From NCBI RefSeq assembly GCF_001194135.2, contig NC_069005.1, positions 26,685,300-26,719,962 on the forward strand: a stretch of 34,663 nucleotides of DNA, read 5' to 3'. Source of the stretch: Octopus bimaculoides (Eukaryota). A model generated the notes under the pieces. That model ran no database searches. It was not told the DNA's origin and saw nothing but the letters and a program-made list of their open reading frames with translations. Positions 32,277-34,663 of the stretch are shown piece after piece. A program made the position numbers and the translations under genes. The first letter of the stretch is position 1. Each line of letters begins with the position of its first letter.

Positions 32277-32433
32277 GGCATAGGCATGACTGTGTGGTAA
32301 GAAGCTTGCTTCACAACCACATGGTTCCGGGTTCAGTCCCGTTGTGTGACACCCTGGGCAAGTGCTTTCTACTATAGCCTCGGGCCAACTGAGGCCTTGT
32401 GAGTGGATTTGGTAGACAGAAACTGAAAAAAGC

Positions 32434-32465
<32 letters not shown>
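32277..32465 (+). mobile_element. SINE family 2, 5' half (rest in gap)
   Basis: Well-preserved head and core followed by (AT)n. Confidence 0.88.
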
Positions 32466-33152
32466 NNNNNNNNNNNNNNNNNNNNNNNNNNNNNNNNNNN
32501 NNNNNNNNNNNNNNNNNNNNNNNNNNNNNNNNNNNNNNNNNNNNNNNNNNNNNNNNNNNNNNNNNNNNNNNNNNNNNNNNNNNNNNNNNNNNNNNNNNNN
32601 NNNNNNNNNNNNNNNNNNNNNNNNNNNNNNNNNNNNNNNNNNNNNNNNNNNNNNNNNNNNNNNNNNNNNNNNNNNNNNNNNNNNNNNNNNNNNNNNNNNN
32701 NNNNNNNNNNNNNNNNNNNNNNNNNNNNNNNNNNNNNNNNNNNNNNNNNNNNNNNNNNNNNNNNNNNNNNNNNNNNNNNNNNNNNNNNNNNNNNNNNNNN
32801 NNNNNNNNNNNNNNNNNNNNNNNNNNNNNNNNNNNNNNNNNNNNNNNNNNNNNNNNNNNNNNNNNNNNNNNNNNNNNNNNNNNNNNNNNNNNNNNNNNNN
32901 NNNNNNNNNNNNNNNNNNNNNNNNNNNNNNNNNNNNNNNNNNNNNNNNNNNNNNNNNNNNNNNNNNNNNNNNNNNNNNNNNNNNNNNNNNNNNNNNNNNN
33001 NNNNNNNNNNNNNNNNNNNNNNNNNNNNNNNNNNNNNNNNNNNNNNNNNNNNNNNNNNNNNNNNNNNNNNNNNNNNNNNNNNNNNNNNNNNNNNNNNNNN
33101 NNNNNNNNNNNNNNNNNNNNNACAGCTGGATGCCCTTCCTAATGCCAACCAC

Positions 33153-33190
<38 letters not shown>

Positions 33191-33270
33191 TGTGTCTATG
33201 TTTGGAATCTCAGGAAACAGTTTCTATGTCAAAGAGAGAGAGAGGGAAAGAAAGAGACAGAGAAAGAGAG

Positions 33271-33313
<43 letters not shown>

Positions 33314-33769
33314 GCAGGATGATGTTTTTTCAACTGATGCATTTGAAGTAATACTTAGAATTTCACAGAATTCAGTCAAACAGGTCAGCTGGGAAAAGGT
33401 TATCAAAACAAACTTCAGCATTAGAAATAACAGAGTAAGTGACAAATGCAAGAATAGCGTATTTAAAGGAAACTGTTGCAGACATCAGAAGAGGATGAAC
33501 AAGCACACATTGTCTGTCTTCTGGCACAAGGGGCCAGTATGTGAAGTGCAAAGGGGTGGCCTCAGAAAGCAGTAAATAAAGAGATGTAACTCAAGAAGGA
33601 CCAAAGAACAAGTCAAATACTCTGCAAGAGGCACAAAATTGGGACCAATACCAGTCAGTTCCAATGGAGTCCCTATTAACGGTATATGAGTTAAGAGCCC
33701 TTCTTCTTTTCCCCCTTTTTACCTTCACTTGTTCTTTCCTGTCTTGAAAGTTACTTCATGACCCCATTG

Positions 33770-33950
33770 GTGTTGGTGGCACACAAAAGCAACTGGCACA
33801 CACTGGAAAGTGGTTGCTGTTAAGAAGGACAGTCAGCTGTAGAGACCATGGCAAAGCTGTCATGGGGCACAATGCAGTTGTTTTGCACATCAGATCCTGT
33901 CAACCAATCTGACTCATGCCAGCATGGAAAACAGACATATGATGATGATG
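33770..33950 (+). mobile_element. RTE-type 3' UTR with (GAT)n tail; a possibly related degraded ORF end lies upstream at ~33480-33600
   Basis: catgccagcatggaaaacagacatatgatgatgat terminus. The upstream VQRGGLRKQ* is a weak echo of RGRPRKxW. Confidence 0.65.
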
Positions 33951-34002
33951 GTTCCAATGAAGAATTAGAAGAACCAAGTCTGAAACTAAGCATACATGTA
34001 CA

Positions 34003-34227
34003 TATGAGAGGGGGCTGAAAAGTTCCTGGCCTTGGGTTAAATAAAAAATACAACAGGATCAGTTAATTATGATTTTAATCAACATATTCACCTCTCAGAT
34101 TCACACACTTAGTGCAGTGACCCTTCAGTTTTTCTAAGCCCTGTAAAAGAACTTGGAAGGTTGGGCTACCAACCAGGCCCTTTGTGATACCCTTAAAGCT
34201 AGGAACTTTTCAGCACCCCTCCCCGTA
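34003..34227. mobile_element. Mariner-type MITE (~225 bp) with TIRs and TA ends
   Basis: The left end TAtgagagggggctgaaaagttcctggc is complementary to the right end gctaggaacttttcagcacccctccccgTA. Confidence 0.85.
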
Positions 34228-34285
34228 CATACGTGCATACATACATACATACATACATACATACACACATACATAAATAAACATA

Positions 34286-34506
34286 TATGAGAGGGAGTGC
34301 TGGAAAGTTCCTGGCTTTGAGTAAAAAAAAATACAAGAGGATCAGTTAATTATGATTTCATTCAAAATATTCCCCTCTCACATTCACACAATTATGACAG
34401 TGGTCCTTCAGTTTTTCTAAGCCCTGTAAAAGAACTTGGAACATTGGGCCACCATCCAGGCCTTTCACAATGCCCTTAAAGCCAGGAACTTTTCAGCACC
34501 CCCTTG
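34286..34506. mobile_element. Second copy of the same MITE
   Basis: Colinear with 34003-34227. TIRs are gtgctggaaagttcctggc and gccaggaacttttcagcac. Confidence 0.85.
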
Positions 34507-34663
34507 AGTGTGATTATGTGTGTGCATGTATTCATGTGTGTGTGTGAGAGAAAAACAGAGAAAAAGAGAAAGTATTTGTATGTGTGAGATAAGGGGAGAG
34601 AGAATAAGATGTACATGTACATTGATGTGTATATGTAAAAGCTTGCATCCTTCTGAATAACAA

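Noticed and set aside
4330-33154. Long ORFs of 200-420 aa in the ORF track (e.g. 4330-5415, 10039-11118, 15238-16500, 19615-20619, 32274-33152)
   Set aside because: They are long only because they read through N-gaps (X runs). The flanking residues are microsatellite or SINE translations.
29815-34663. Expected upstream ~120-nt ACAP exon
   Set aside because: I did not find it in the readable sequence. It is probably outside the window or in a gap, so no claim of exon loss is made.

Overview
Animal genomic DNA from a gapped scaffold (13 N-runs, about 6.1 kb). The tRNA-derived SINEs, RTE-type LINE 3' ends and dense microsatellites look like an Octopus-type cephalopod genome; this is inferred from recognised repeat families. 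The window lies inside one minus-strand gene, a centaurin-beta/ACAP (BAR-PH-ArfGAP-ankyrin) ortholog. Six GT-AG exons (54, 59, 184, 45, 96, 75 nt) splice into 171 uninterrupted codons of the BAR domain, and one intron is 21.1 kb. The rest is intronic: many SINE copies, RTE remnants, a mariner 3' end, a Penelope-like GIY-YIG remnant missed by the ORF track, three MITE copies and a 26-bp minisatellite. The most notable unexplained structures are a ~290-bp foldback, inverted SINE pairs (candidate dsRNA/ADAR substrates) and a CpG-rich island with a perfect RFX X-box. I found no convincing new multi-gene system, and nearly all ORF-track entries are artefacts of N-gaps or microsatellites.
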